The notes under the pieces were generated by a model. That model worked only from the letters and a program-made list of their open reading frames with translations, was not told where the DNA came from and did no database searches. A program made the position numbers and the translations under genes. A DNA stretch of 64,000 bases from Cetorhinus maximus. Its lineage: Eukaryota. Location of the stretch: the NCBI RefSeq assembly GCF_964194155.1, contig NC_135901.1, positions 26,040,001 through 26,104,000 of the forward strand, in the 5' to 3' direction. Shown here one piece after another: positions 36,110 through 49,629 of the stretch. Every line of letters starts with the position of its first letter. The first letter of the stretch is position 1.

Positions 36110-36965
36110 TCACACACCGTTCTGACTTGTCCGGCAGCCAGTACTGGATGAGCAGAAATTTCCTCCATTTAAATATTGGAACGACCGAAGCCATTGTCAT
36201 CAATCCCCGCTACAAACTCCTCTCCCTGGCCGTCGACTCCATCCCTCTCCCTGGCAACTGTCTGAGGCTGAACCAGACTGTTCACAACTTTGGTGTCATA
36301 TCTGAACTCATGATGAGCTTCCAACCACATATCTGCATCGTCACCAAGACTGCCTATTTGCACCTCAGTCACATCGTCCAACTCCACCCGAGTCTTAAAC
36401 CCTCATCCATTCCTTTGTTACCTCTAGACTTAACTATCCCAACACACGCGCGACCGGACTCCCATATTCAACCTCCCTGTAATCTTGAGCTCATCCAAAA
36501 CTCTGTTGCCTACGTGTTTCCTTGCATCAAGTCTTCTTCACCCATTACCCTGTGCTTGCTGCCTACAAAGGTTCTCATTTAAGCACCAAACTTTAAAATT
36601 CTCATCCTTGTTTTCAAATCCCTCTATGGCTATGATCATCCCTATCTCTGTACTCTCCTGCAGCCGCACAACCCTTTGAGATCTCTGCGCTCATCTAATT
36701 CCTGCCCCTTGAGCATTTCTGATTTGATTCGCTCCACCATTGGTGGCTGTTCTTTCAGTTGCCAAGGCCCCAAGCTCTGCCTCTCCATCTCACTTTCCTC
36801 CTTTAAAATATTCCTTAAAACCTACCTCTTTGACCAAGCTTTTGGTCACCTGCCCTAATATGTCCTTATGTGGCTCAGTGTCAAATGTTGCTTTATAACA
36901 CACCTGTGAAACACCCTGGAAAGGTCTATTACATGAAAGGCACTATATAAATACACATTATTGCC
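36110..36965 (+). mobile_element. L2 LINE 3' fragment
   Basis: WMSRNFLHLNIGTTEAIV..LELIQNS segment followed by an L2-type tail. Confidence 0.7.
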
Positions 36966-38197
36966 ATTGATTTGGACATACATCACTGTTCCTTCATCAT
37001 CACTGAGTGAAAATCCTGTAACTCCTTACCTAACAGCATTGTGGGAGCACCTTCACCACACGGACTGCAGCGGTTCAAGAAGGTCAAACATCATCTTCTC
37101 CACAGGTAACTGGGGATGGGTAATATCTGCTGCTGGTAGGAATAAATTTTCAAAATATGTATATGTAAAATAAATTAAAAGCATCTATAGAAATATTTAT
37201 TCCAAAAACAATATTCTTTTACATTGTACGGACAGTGTCCATTTAACAACCTGATCTCCCTGGAATCCACCTCCCTCGACAATTTCACATTGGAAATTTC
37301 TGGGTTCCGAAGAACTCAGGGTTAAACCCAGCAGCTTCTCCTCCATCTCCACTCCAGCTTAAACTGATGCAATAAAGGCTTTCAAAAGGGAATTGGAGAA
37401 GCACCTGAAGTTAAAAGTTGGGCTACGCGGAAAGGGCAGGGGAATGCGACTAGCCGATTTGCTCTTGCAGAACGCCAGCACGGGCTTGACCATGACAGGC
37501 TGAATGGCCTCCTGTATTGTAATCACACAATGATTATGTGAATAAGCACCTACCATGGAGGCCAGGGGCCAAAATCTGCAACCAACACCCAACCTAATAA
37601 TCAGTTCTTAATTGGTCCATCTCTGTTTTTAGATTCAGTTCTGTGAGAAACATCTGCAATAAAACAAAAGGAAAATAATGCAGCCGCTGGGAATCTAAAA
37701 TAAAAAGAGCAAATGCTGGAAATACTCAGCAGGTCAGGCAGTAACTGTAGAAAGAGCAACAGAGTTAATGTTTCAGAGTGTGCAAAATGAATTACGGGGA
37801 ATAAAAATGGACCAGAATTTGATGGTCAATATAAGTTTAGAAGTGGAAGAGAAATGATCTCTCGTGAAGGAGAAAACAATTCCTAACCGTGGAGAAATAA
37901 AGCTGGTAAATCAGTAGTGAATAACTGGGGGGGATGGGCAGCAGTGGAAACCTCATTTAGACACAGTTGGTGGAAATAACAGCAAAATATCAAACATGGT
38001 TAAAACACACCCATTAGAAGAGACAGAGGAAGTTAGACAATGACAGAGAGGTGATCAGGGAGGGCAGAGGTGAAACAGAGCAATGGATGGACATGGATTG
38101 AGATCCACAATAAAGGAGCCACACCAGCCCCTGAGCCATGGAACCAGAGCACAGCACTAAAAACTCTAAATTGTCAAGAATGCTCAATAACACTCAC

Positions 38198-38316
38198 CTC
38201 TGAAACAATTTCACTGTTTTCAAATTTAAAATCTCCTGCTGCTGCCTGCAGCTGTAAAGATATCAGAAGCACTGGATTCAGAGAACAACCTGGCAGTCTT
38301 CAAATCTTTTAACACC
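38198..38316 (-). other. Candidate internal 5'UTR exon of ZF7
   Basis: Bounded by a copy of the family acceptor (CTCCTTTTACAG|GG) and a GAG|GTGAGT donor. Confidence 0.4.
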
Positions 38317-38899
38317 CTGTAAAAGGAGATCACAAAAGTCATAAGTGTCAGTCGAGGTTCGAGATTCAGAGGAGACAATTCTCTTGGTACTCTTAATTTG
38401 ACTTGTCGTTGGTAATTCCTCCCCTTCAGACCCCAAGGAAAAGGAGTTTCCAACATCCATCACTGTCAGTCCAGGATAAGAATTCACAACACTCTCCCCT
38501 GGCTGTGTTTTCTACCAGTGTGATACATGCACAGTTGTATGCTGATGGCAGACCCAGGTTAGCGACTGCCATCTTTATAGGGGGCAATATGCGGCAGGGC
38601 ATATTCGCTGTTTTCCCTGTCAGCAGGAGGAGAGAATATTGTGCATTTCTATCCTGGACTGACACTGATGGATTTTGGAAACTCCTTTTACAGGGGTTTT
38701 GAGGGGGAGAATATGCAGATGGGAAAGTAAAATATTTTCCTTGTGGGATCTTTTACTGCAGACATGTTGGAAACTTTGTCTCTCTGTCACAATAATGTGC
38801 ATGGATTGTAGATTGCTGTGAGTGTTAGACTATATTGCCTCTCCTCATTCTTCTCCCTTCTCCCACTCCAGGTTCCAGGCTGCAGGCTCCAGTGGTGAA

Positions 38900-39900
38900 G
38901 CCATTGGATTTCTGGAGCAGTGCGCATGTGCAGATGAGTATTGGTGGACATCTTGGATTGACAGGAGACACAACATTCCCTCCTCCTGCTGCAAGGGACA
39001 GTGATGACTGCGCATGCCCTCTGCTGCTCATCGCTTCTAAAGATGGCGGCCGTGCATGCGTCCTCCTGCCCTTCGCCGGCTGTGTTTGCTACCAATGCTG
39101 TGCATGCACAGTTGTACTGTCTGACTCCATTAAGTCATTACAAGTGGCAGGGTCAGCAGCAGCCAGGAGCAGAGATGCTTATCAAACAGTTATTAGGACA
39201 TTTTCCCCTCAGTTTTGAAAGATATTTTAAACAAATGCATACACTGTGAGAAAACACCAGGCAAGACCCAGTCTCCAAACCAGTAAAATCTGACATTGTG
39301 CCCAAAGTTGCCCCCACTTGGGAAGTTGAGGGCTATGAGGAGTTGGCACCAAAGAGGAGTTGAGGCCTGCGGCAGGTCAGCCGTGATCTTATTGAATGGT
39401 GGGGCAGGCTTGAGGGGCCGAATGGCCGACTCCTGCTCCTGATTCTCATGTTCACAGCTCCACCCAAACTAGAGGTTCCTCAGTGACGTCACGGGCCATT
39501 GTCCCGGCTCCGAATCAGTGAGACACCCACTGCGCATACGCCCCTCCGCCCCTTGCCCCAAGATGGCGGCCGTTAACTGGGCGTGTTCCGGGGAAAAGCG
39601 CCGGAGTTGCAAACGCGGGACATGGAGGTTCTAATCCAGGATTTCGGCCTACACCTAGTGTTTACATGAGGCCTCACCTCCCTCCCCTCCCCTCCACTCC
39701 CGGCTCCATTCCTCCCTCCCCACCACCGGCTCTCACCCTCTGAATAAAAGCATCTTCCACACTCGCAGGCCTCTGAGCAAAGTGACACTGCGCACGCTCC
39801 AGATACAGCCCAGCACTGCGCCTGCGCACTGGGGCGTCCTGTCGAGTGAATAGAGCATATTCACATTCGCGAGGATTGCTGGGTAACAACAGCGCCATTG
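38900..39900. promoter_or_regulatory. CpG-rich promoter region (probable ZF7 promoter)
   Basis: YY1 motif AAGATGGCGGC at about 39040 and 39560; full CRE TGACGTCA at 39484-39491; several NRF1-like TGCGC motifs; Staf/ZNF143-like site at about 39868-39885. Confidence 0.6.
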
Positions 39901-40000
39901 AAACTCCAAACAGGCAATAGGCTATTTTCTGCTACCCAACTGAGATGAATTAATTTAAGAGGTTACACTTTGGGATCAAATCAATGAGCAGGACTCTGAT

Positions 40001-40190
40001 AAAAAGCAAAATACTGTGGATGCTAGAAATCAAACAAAAACAAAAATTGCTGCAAAAACCCAGCAGGTCTGACAGCATCTATGGAGAGAAAGACTCTGAA
40101 GAACAGTCATACGGACTTGAAACGTTAACTCTGTCTTTCTCTCCACAGATGCTGGGAGTTTTTCCAGCAATTTTTGTTTTTGTTTCAGGA
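40001..40190. mobile_element. Fold-back Penelope-derived mini-element containing a hammerhead motif
   Basis: Inverted arms; TSD-like GGACTCTGAT/GGTCTCTGAT; empty paralogous site at about 43379-43388. Confidence 0.7.
40094..40129 (+). ncRNA. Minimal type I hammerhead ribozyme motif
   Basis: CTGAAGA-AC-AGTC-ATACG-GACT-T-GAAACGTT-AAC. Confidence 0.55.
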
Positions 40191-40605
40191 GGTCTCTGAT
40201 CTGTTTGGGAAGCTATCAAAATATTTGGTCCTTGTAAAACATGAGCTCAGGGTTACATTGGGCAGGAAGAGAATCAGAAACTAAAACGGGACAAGAGACT
40301 GACTTTAACTTAGAGAGGGAGAGAAGGAAGGAAGGAAACCCTGGGAGGTTTGGAGAAACCACCTTCACAATTGCTCGTTAAATCTCTACACAGAAAGTTC
40401 CGGACACAAGGTTAATGTCTGTTATTCTGTTTAGTTGAATTAGGGTGATTCAGATTAATATTTTGTCATGATGATTCTGATAATTCCAGTAACTTTAGTT
40501 ATCTTCGGTATGTAATCGAGAAATTAGGGAAACAAGCTCTAGTGTAGAAATAATTAGGTTAGTCAGAAACAGTTGTGAGTATATTTCCTTTTCAAAGGGG
40601 AGTGC

Positions 40606-41290
40606 TGTAAGAGATGTATCTTTAAGAATATTACAAAATTATTATAGAATCAGCAGGTATTGCATAAGACTGTCTGACACAAGGTTGTTACTTTGTCTCT
40701 GCTGTCTCTGTCACTTTGAATAAACAGTTCATAGCAGCCAGAGCCAGGGACAAACAGAGATAACAGCCAAGAAGAATCTAGACAAGTGTCTGGCAGGAGG
40801 TAACAGGTGGCGTACCAAGCACAAGATAAGCTGCAAGATGATCTTGAAGCAAAGTGATGGACAAGGGTGGAGGGGAGGGGGTGACACCATGGCTACCTCG
40901 CCTCTGGTCACTGACCAGATGGGGAATCGAACAAGTGATTGACATGGGGTAAACTACCAGCCCCTAGAAATAAAGTATTTTAATGGGTGCTCAGAGGGAA
41001 AGGGGGCAGTCCTCATCGGCAGAAACATTCCTAACTTCCTAACCCCTCAGTCAGCTCGAGAAGACAGAACAAAAGAGAAAACAGATGCAAACATCGAACA
41101 AGAGACTGCTATCAAAACCACTTTCACCTGTCACGGGTCAAGTGTAATTTTATATCCATTTAGTTTATGATCATATTTAATCTGGTTCTTCTGAATAAAC
41201 TACTTAATAATTAATAAACAACTTTAAAATCACTGAGGAACTTGAACATTTTTTTTGTTTAATCCATGACTCCCAAACCTTAATCTTATA
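40606..41290 (+). mobile_element. Possible solo LTR
   Basis: Ends TGTAAGA...TCTTATA (imperfect inverted termini) with internal AATAAA; no TSD seen. Confidence 0.35.
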
Positions 41291-41854
41291 GAGGTGGGGA
41301 TGGAGGAGACAGGGGAGAGGGATAGCACTTCAAAAGGAACTAACATGTGTTATAGATATTTTAAATAATAAACACACCTTGTGTTTAACACAAAACTGAT
41401 TTATTTGACTTTTGCTGTGGGGGACACACACTAAATCCAGTAGTTGAGAGTGATTAACAGGCTGGCTTTTGTGTTTATTGATCCTGGGAGTGTTACAGAT
41501 ACCTTCCCAGGATCCCAAGGCCAGGAGAGACATTCTGGAAGGTATGGGGAGCTGGGAATTGTCCATGAGAGTAACCGAAGGTATGAGAACTGAAATAATC
41601 TTGAGTTAGAAAGGAAAAAAGACGCAAAAAAGCAGCAGTCAGTATCAGGACATCAATTATTCTCCTCTTATCTTAGAGAAATTAAGGACACGACACTCTG
41701 TGTTTCAAACAACATGAATATCTTGAGATCTGTCAAATGAATCAAACTTCAGCCCAGTTACATGGTTATTAACATCAGCCCAACTGTCAGAATGAACCTG
41801 GTTGTCCTGTATGTGATTAACAGCAGTGATAACAGCAAAATCCAACCCCTTTGT

Positions 41855-42620
41855 TCAATTGTGAACTCGCTAGTGCCTCATTAAGTGGGATGAATGAGTG
41901 AATCCCTTCCTACACACAGAGCAGGTGAACGGCCTCTCCACAGTGTGAACTCGCTGGTGTCTCAGCAGAACACCTGTGGTTTTAAAAGTCTTCTCACATT
42001 TTGAACATTTGAAAAGTCTGTAATCAGTGTGAACAATGATGTGAATTGAGGTGAGCTAGACAAGTGAATCCCTTCCCACATGTGGAGCAGGTGAATGACC
42101 TCTCCCCTGTGTGAATACACTGGTGCATCAGTAGATCCCTTGTAGTTTTAAAGCTCTTCTCACAGTCAGAACATTGGAAAGGTTTCCTAATAGAGTGAAC
42201 TTGCTGGTGCAGCTTGAGGTTGGTCAAACAAATAAAACCCTTCTGGCAGATGGAGCAGGTAAACGGCCTCTCCTCAGTGTGAACTCACTGGTGTCTCAGT
42301 AGATCACCTGCAGTTTTAAAGCTCTTCTCACATTCTGAACATTGGAAAGGTCTGTTATCAGTGTGAACAAGTTGGTGTGACCTGAGGTGAGATAGTCGAG
42401 TGAATCCCTTCCCACACATGGTGCAAGTGAGTGTGAACTTGCTGGTGTTTTATGAGGTTCAGTGATTGTCTAAACACTTTCCCACAGTGAGAACAACTAA
42501 CTGTCTCTCAGTGTGAACAAACTGGTGCTTGACCAGGTCCTCTCGTCTTTTAAAGCTCTTCTCACAATCAGAGCAGTTAAACAGCCTCTCATCAATGCGA
42601 ACTAGCTGGTGTCTCAGCAG
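41855..42620 (-). pseudogene. Zinc-finger pseudogene ZF8 (5'-truncated)
   Basis: About 9 finger remnants (FQCSDCEKSFKT..) with stops and deletions; family 3' block follows. Confidence 0.8.
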
Positions 42621-43439
42621 CTGGGACAGCAGAAAACTCCAGAATCCCACCTCTCAAAGGCACTGCCCAACCACATGGAAGTAAATGCATAATGGAGTTC
42701 AGGAGAAAAGATAACATCTGCAAATAAGCTATGGGACAAATACACTACAAGACAGCCCGATCATCCACTGTATAAAACTCATAAATAGGATGTAAATGAT
42801 TGAGAGTTTAATGAACTCAAGCTGACAACATATGATCGAAGGACTTTAATAGAAAATGCAGAGTGCAGTAGACCTTTCATTTCTAATCTATAAATTAAGG
42901 AGTCCTGCATTTTGTAACATATTGTAATGACTTTATGCTGAAATGATCATAATTGTGCAACCCTTTAACTGATTAATATTTTCACTTTATTTTAATATTG
43001 CCTATAACTATGTCATGAATGATGATTACTTGTTTTATTTGTATCATCATCACAATTCAGTACCTGGCACCGTGATGACTTTTCCATAAACCAATTATCT
43101 ATCGAACCAAACCAATTATCTATTAATCTGAATCACCCTGACCGACCATACAGAATATCAGATGTTAACCGTGTGTCCAGAACTTATTGTGTGGAGATTT
43201 AATGTGCAATCATGAAAGTGGTTTATCCAAACCTCCCAGGGTTTCTTTCCTACTTCCTCTCCCTAACTAATTTAAACTCAGTCTCTTGTCCCGTTTTGGT
43301 TTCTGCTTCTCTTCCTGCCCAATGTAACCCTGAGCTCAATTTACAAGGAGCCATTTGTTCATAGTTTCCCAAAGAGAGATCAGAGTCCTCATTGATTTGG
43401 GCCCAAAGTGTAACCTTTTATTTATTGTCCCCCCTCCCC

Positions 43440-43860
43440 CATCCTCTGATGTGAACCATCCTCCACTCGCTGACACAGGATGGCGGCCGTTAACCTGGAC
43501 CTGTTCCCGGGAGGGAGAAGCCCCGCAGCTGCAAACCAGGAGCTGACAATTATTCCTCAGGGTTTCCGGATCCACAGTGTTTCCAAATCCTCCCCGTCCA
43601 GCCGCCGGCTCCATCGCTCCCTCTACCGGTTGCAGAAGCGACAAACAAGTGGCTCTCCGTGGTCATGACTGACACTGCGCATGCTCCAAACACTGGGGGG
43701 CACTGAACCTGTGCACTGGTCTCCTGTTGTGTGGATAGGGGACATTCTCTACCTCGGGGAATGCTGGGTAAAAGCCCCACCATTGTGATTCACAATTCAG
43801 GTTGTGATTATTTTGTGGGAATGAGGTGGAGACTGACCATAGCGCCAATCAATAAAGTCA
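43440..43860. promoter_or_regulatory. Promoter module paralogous to 39550-39900
   Basis: GATGGCGGCCGTTAAC, ACTGCGCATGCT, GGAATGCTGGGTAA and a CCAAT box. Confidence 0.55.
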
Positions 43861-44164
43861 GGAACTTGACGTTCTGTAACCTACAAGGTTACAGACGAAG
43901 AACTGGATAGTGGGATTGGGCTGGCACAGATATGACGGGCCATATGGCCTCCTTCAGTCCTGTAAAGTTTCATTTTCAGTTTCCATCGTTGAAGATGTTG
44001 AAGACTGAGATTTAGACTGAGACAGAATTTTGGTCTCTCTCAGGGAATCGAGGATCATGGTGAACAGGCAGGAAAGTGGAATTGAGGCTGAAATCGGCCA
44101 TGATCATTTTGAATGGCGGAGCAGGCGTGACAGGTCATCCAGTCTAATCCCGCTCCTAGCCCTT

Positions 44165-47100
44165 ATAGAAACAAAGAAACTAGGAGCAGGAGTAGGCCAT
44201 TGGGCCCTTCGAGCCTGCGCCGCCATTCATTATGATCATGGCTGATCATCCAGCTCAATAGCCTGCTCCCACTTTCTCCCCTTATCCTTTGATCCCTTTC
44301 ACCCCAAGAGCTATATCTAACTCCTTCTTGGAAGCATACAATGTTTTGGCCTCAACTACTTTCTGTGGTAACAAATTCCACAGGCTCACCACTCTCTGGG
44401 TGAAGAAATTTCTCCTCATCTCAGTCCTAAATGGTCTACCCCATATCCTCAGACTGTGATCCCTGCTTCTGGACTCCCCCACCATCAGGAACATCCTTCC
44501 TGCGTCTACTCTGTCTAGTCCTGTTAGAATTTTATAGGTTTCTATGAGATACCCCCTCATTCTTTTGAACTCCAGCGAATATAATCCTCACTGACTCAAT
44601 CTCTCCTCATATGTCAATCCCGCCATCCCAGGAATTAGTCGGGTAAACCTTCACTGCGCTCCCTCCATAGCAAGTACATCCTTCCTCAGATAAGGAGACC
44701 AAAACTGCACACAATATTCCAGGTGTGGTCTCACCAAGGCCCTGTACAATTGCAGGAAGACATCCCTGTTCCTGTACTCGAATCCTCTGGCTATGAAGGC
44801 CAACATACCATTTGCCTTCTTTACCGCCTGCTGCACCTACATGCTTACCTTCAGCAACGGGTGTACGAGAAAACCCAGGTCTTGTTACGCATTCCCCTCT
44901 CTCAATTAATAGCCATTCAGATAATCATCTGCCTTCCTGTTTTTGCTACCAAAATGGATAACCTCATATTTATCCACATTATGCTGCATCTGCTATGCAT
45001 TTGCCCACTCACTCAGCTTGTCCAAATCACACTGAAGCATCTCTGCATCCTCCTCACAGCTCACCCTCCCACCCAGCTTTGTGTCATCTGCGAATTTGGA
45101 GACATTACATTTAGTTCCCTCATCTAAATCATTAATATATATTGTGAATAACTAGGGTCCCAGCACCGATCCCTGCGGTACCCCACTAGTCACTGCCTGC
45201 CATTCGGAAAAAGACCCGTTTATTCCTACTCTTTGTTTCCTGTCTGCCAACCAGTTTTCTATCCATCTCAATACACTACCCCCAATCCCATGCGCTTTAA
45301 TTTTACACGCCAATCTATGTGGGACTTTGTCGAAAGCCTTCTGAAAGTCCAAATAAACCACATCCATTGGCTCCCCCTCATCAACTCTACTCGTTACATC
45401 CTCGAAAAATTCCAGTAGATTTGTCAAGCATGATTTCCTTTTCATAAATCCATGCTGACTCTGTCCAATTCTGCTACTGTTTTCCAAGTGCTCAGCTATT
45501 AAATCTTCTATAATGGACTCAGAATTTTCCCAAGTACCGATTTCAGGCTGACTGGTCTACAATTCCCTGGTTTCTCTCTACCTCCCTTTTTAAGTATTGG
45601 GGTTACATTAACTACCCTCCAATCTGTAGGAACTGTTCCAGAGTCTATAGAATCTCGGAAGATGACCACCAATGTTTTCACTATTTCTAGGGCCACTTCC
45701 TTAAGTACTCTGGGATGTAGGTTATCAGGCCCTGGGGATTTATTGGCCTTCAATCCCATCAATTTCCCCAACACTATTTCCCTACTAATTCTGATTTCTT
45801 TCAGTTCCCCCCTCTCACTAAACCCTGTGTTCCCCAACATTTCTGGTATGTTACTTGTGTCCTCCTTTCTGAAGACAGAACCAAAGTATTTATTTAGTTG
45901 GTTAGCCATTTCTTTGCTCCCCATTATAAATTCTCCTGTTTCTGACTGTAAGGGACCTACATTTGTCTTCACCAATCTTTTTCTCTTCACATACCTACAG
46001 AAACTTTTACAGTCAGTTTTTATGTTCCCCGTAAGCTTACTCTAGTACCCTATATTCCCCTTCTTAATCAATTGCTAGGTCCTCTTTTGCTGAATTCTAA
46101 ACTGCTCCCAATCCTCAGGTCTGTTACGTTTTCTGGCCAATTTGTATGCCTCTTCCTTGGATATCATACTATCTCTAATTTTCCTTGTAAGCCATGGTTT
46201 GGCCACCGTTCCTATTTTGCTTTTGCACCAGAGAGGAATAAACAATTGCTGCAGTTCACCCATGCACTCTTTGAATGTTTGCCATTGCCTATCCACCCTC
46301 ATCCATTGAAGTAATGTTTCCCAATCCATCATAGCCAACTCACGCCTCATACCATCATAGTTTCCCTTATAAAGATTCAGGACCCTAGTCTCAGAATCAA
46401 CTACGTCACTCTCCATCTTGATGAAGAATTAATTCATATTATGGTCGCTCATCCCCAAGGGGCCTCGCACAACTAGATTGCCAATTATTCCTTTCTCATT
46501 ACATAATACCCAGTCTAGGATGGCCTGTTCTCTAGCTGGTTCTTCAACGTATTGGTCCAGAAAAACATCCCGTACACACTCCAGGAATTCCTCCTCTATG
46601 GTATTGTTACTGATTAGATTTGCCCAATCGATATGCAGATTAAAGTCACCCATAATTACAGATGTTCCTTTATTGCATGCGTCTCTAATTTCCTGTTTAA
46701 TGCCATTCCCAACATCACCACTACATTTTGGGGGTCTATATACAACCTCCACTAACGTTTTTTGCCCCTTAGTGTTTCTCAGTTCTACCCATACAGATTC
46801 CACACCGTCGGAGCTCATATCTTTCCTTACCATTGCGCTAATTTCCTCTTTAACCAGCAATGCAACTCTGCCTTTTCCTTTTTGTCTGTTCTTCCGAAAT
46901 ACTGAATATCCCTGGATGTTCAGTTCCCATCCCTGGTCAACCTGCAGCCATGTCTCCGTAATCCCGGCTATATCATACCTGTTTACATCTATTTGCGTGG
47001 TTAATTCATCCACTTTATTGTGAATGCTCCTCGCGTTAAGGCATAAAGCCTTAAGGCTTGTCTTTTTAACATTACTTGTCCCGTTCCCACTATTTTTCAC

Positions 47101-47990
47101 TGAGGGCCTGTTTGATTCTTGCCCTTGATTTCTCTGCCTATCACTTTTCTTATTCCCCTTTCTGTCTTTTGTTCTTGTCCTTGATTCCCCCTCCTCTGAC
47201 TGCTTGCATAGGTTCCCATCCCCCTGCCATTTTAGTTTAAACCCTTCCCAACCACTCTAGCAAATGTTCCTCCTAAGACATCAGTCCGGGTCCTGCCCAG
47301 GTGTAACCCGTCCAGTTTGTACTGGTCCCACCTCCTCCAGAACTGGCCCCAATGTCCCAGGAATCTGAAACCCTCCCCTTCACACCATCTCTTCGGCCAC
47401 GTATTCATCCGACATATCCTGCTATTTCTACTCTGACTAGCACGTGGCACTGGTAGTAATCCTGAAATCACTACCTTTGAGATCCTACTTTTCAACTTAC
47501 TTCCTAACCCCCTATATTCTGCTTTTGGGACTTCATCCCTTTTTTTGCCTATGTCGTTTGTACCAATGTGTACCAGGACCACTGGCTGTTCACCCTCCCC
47601 CTTCAGAATGTCCTCCAGCCGCTCTGAGACATCCTTGACCCTAGCACCAGGGAGACAACATACCATCCTGAAGTCTCGTTTGCGGCCACAGAAATGCCAA
47701 TTTATTCCCCTTCCAATTGAATTAATTATTGCATTCCCACACTTTTTACTCTTCACCAGTGCAGCAGAGCCAACCACGGTGCAACGAATTTGGCTGTTGC
47801 TGCTTTCCCCTGAGAGGCCATTCCCTTCAACAGTATCCAAAGTGGTATATCTGTTTTACAAGGCAATAGCCACAGGAGATTCCTGCACTGTGTGCCTAGT
47901 CCTCTTGCTCTGCCTGATGGTCACCCATTCCCTTCCTGTCTGTGGACTCTTAGCCTACGGTGTGACCACCTCTCTATGATACTCTCCGCC
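44165..47990 (-). mobile_element. Near full-length CR1 LINE with a disrupted ORF2
   Basis: ORF1 esterase, APE (GITETW, MGDFN, SDH), RT (DFQKAFD, GVPQGSVLGP), C-terminal domain and 3' tail, in the expected order. Confidence 0.92.
47232..47840 (-). pseudogene. CR1 ORF1p SGNH esterase domain
   Basis: VCCLPGARV..VHIGTND..DGLHL motifs. Confidence 0.8.
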
Positions 47991-48241
47991 TCGCAGATGC
48001 TCCACAGTGTCCCCAGCTGCCGCTCCAGCTCCAAAACCCGGGCTTCCAGGAGCTGCAGCTGGAGACACACCTCTCACGCTTCTCTTCCCTCTCTTAGGTT
48101 CTTACAACAGCGCTGTCTGCTTTCATCTAAACTCATTTATTTGACAGATATCCAGAATATTAAACTCCAGCCCAGTTACAAGGGTTACTAACAGCAACAG
48201 AAACAAAGGATGTGATTAACTGCAGAATCCAACCTCTGCAG

Positions 48242-49190
48242 TCATTTGTGAACTCGCTGGTGCGTCAGCAAGTGAGATGATCGAGCAAATCTCTTCCCAC
48301 ACACAGAGCAGGTGAACGGCCTCTCCCCAGTGTGAACTTGCTGGTGTGTCAGCAGGTTTGATGACTGAGAAAACCCCTTCCCACACACAGAGCAGGTGAA
48401 TATCTTCTCCCCTGTGTGAACCCGCTGATGTGTCACCAGGTTGGATGATGAAGTGAATCCCTTCCCACACACGGAGCAGGTGTACGGCCTCTCCCCGGTG
48501 TGAACTCGCTGGTGTTGAATGAGGTGAGGCGATTGTCTGAATCTCTTCTCACATTGAGAACAACTGAATGGTCTCTCGTCAGTGTGAACAAGCTGGTGTT
48601 TAATTAGGTCCGGTGAGATTTTAAAGCCTTTCCCACAGTCAAAGCATTTAAAAGGCCTCTCGTCAGTGTGAACTCGCTGGTGTAACTGAATGCTGGACAT
48701 CAGAGTGAATCCTTTCCCACACACGGAGCAGGAGTACGGTCTCTCCCCAGTGTGAGTGCGTCGATGAGCTTCCAGCTGGGATGGGCAAGTGAATCCCTTC
48801 CCACACTCCCCACATTTCCACGGTTTCTTTGTGGTCTCAGTGTCCTTGTATCTCTCCAGGTTGGACGATCAGTTGAAGCCTCATCCACACACAGAACACA
48901 TGTACAGTCTCTCCCCACTGTGAATGTTGTGACGTTATTTCAGGCTGTGTAACTGGTTAAAGCTCTTTCCACAGTCAGTGCACTGGAACGCTCTCACTCG
49001 GGTGTGTGTCTCGGTGCTTTTCCAGCCACACTGATGCTTGAAATCTTTTCCCACAATCAGAACAAACATTTCTCCTTCGACATTCAAAGACTGAAGATAT
49101 TCTGGTCCTGATGAATCACATGACTCTGTCAGATTGTGATGAAATGTTTGGTTTGAGTTTCCCATCTTCAAATCATCTCCTTCTAATATC
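48242..49190 (-). pseudogene. C2H2 zinc-finger gene ZF9: 7 open fingers but start codon lost
   Basis: Frame open from TKKPWKC to VHK*; ATG replaced by ACA; acceptor ACAG|G at 49190/49191; upstream intron replaced by repeats. Confidence 0.65.
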
Positions 49191-49529
49191 CTGTAAATAC
49201 AGTTGACAAAAGTTATCACCGTCAGTCCAAGATAGAAATTCAGATCAGACAATTCTAGTTTCTATAGAACATACTTTCTTCTCTCAAGCACGTTGTCCAA
49301 TTAAATGAAAAGAGCCCAAAATCAGCATCAAAGCCCCAACAAGAGTGAAGAGAACCTTCCTAACTAAACCAGAATGTTGTTTCCAGTGTCTCCGAGACAC
49401 TCTGTACCTTGAGGTACCCACCGGTGGTGGAAAGTATCAACCGTATGAGTGGACACCACATGCTCCCTCTCCAGAGCCACCCAGACACGGACAAGACCAT
49501 GGAAGGGTGGCCAGAAGCCTCTTATGGGG

Positions 49530-49626
49530 TAGAAACAAAAATTCTGGAAAAACCCAGCAGGTCTGACAGCATCTGTGGAGAGAGAAACAGAGTTATGTTT
49601 CAAGTCCGTATGACTCTTCTTCAGAG
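49530..49626 (-). mobile_element. Short Penelope-derived element with a hammerhead core
   Basis: Reverse strand reads CTGAAGA-AGAGTC-ATACG-GACTT-GAAACAT-AAC followed by the pLTR tail. Confidence 0.65.
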
Positions 49627-49629
49627 CCA

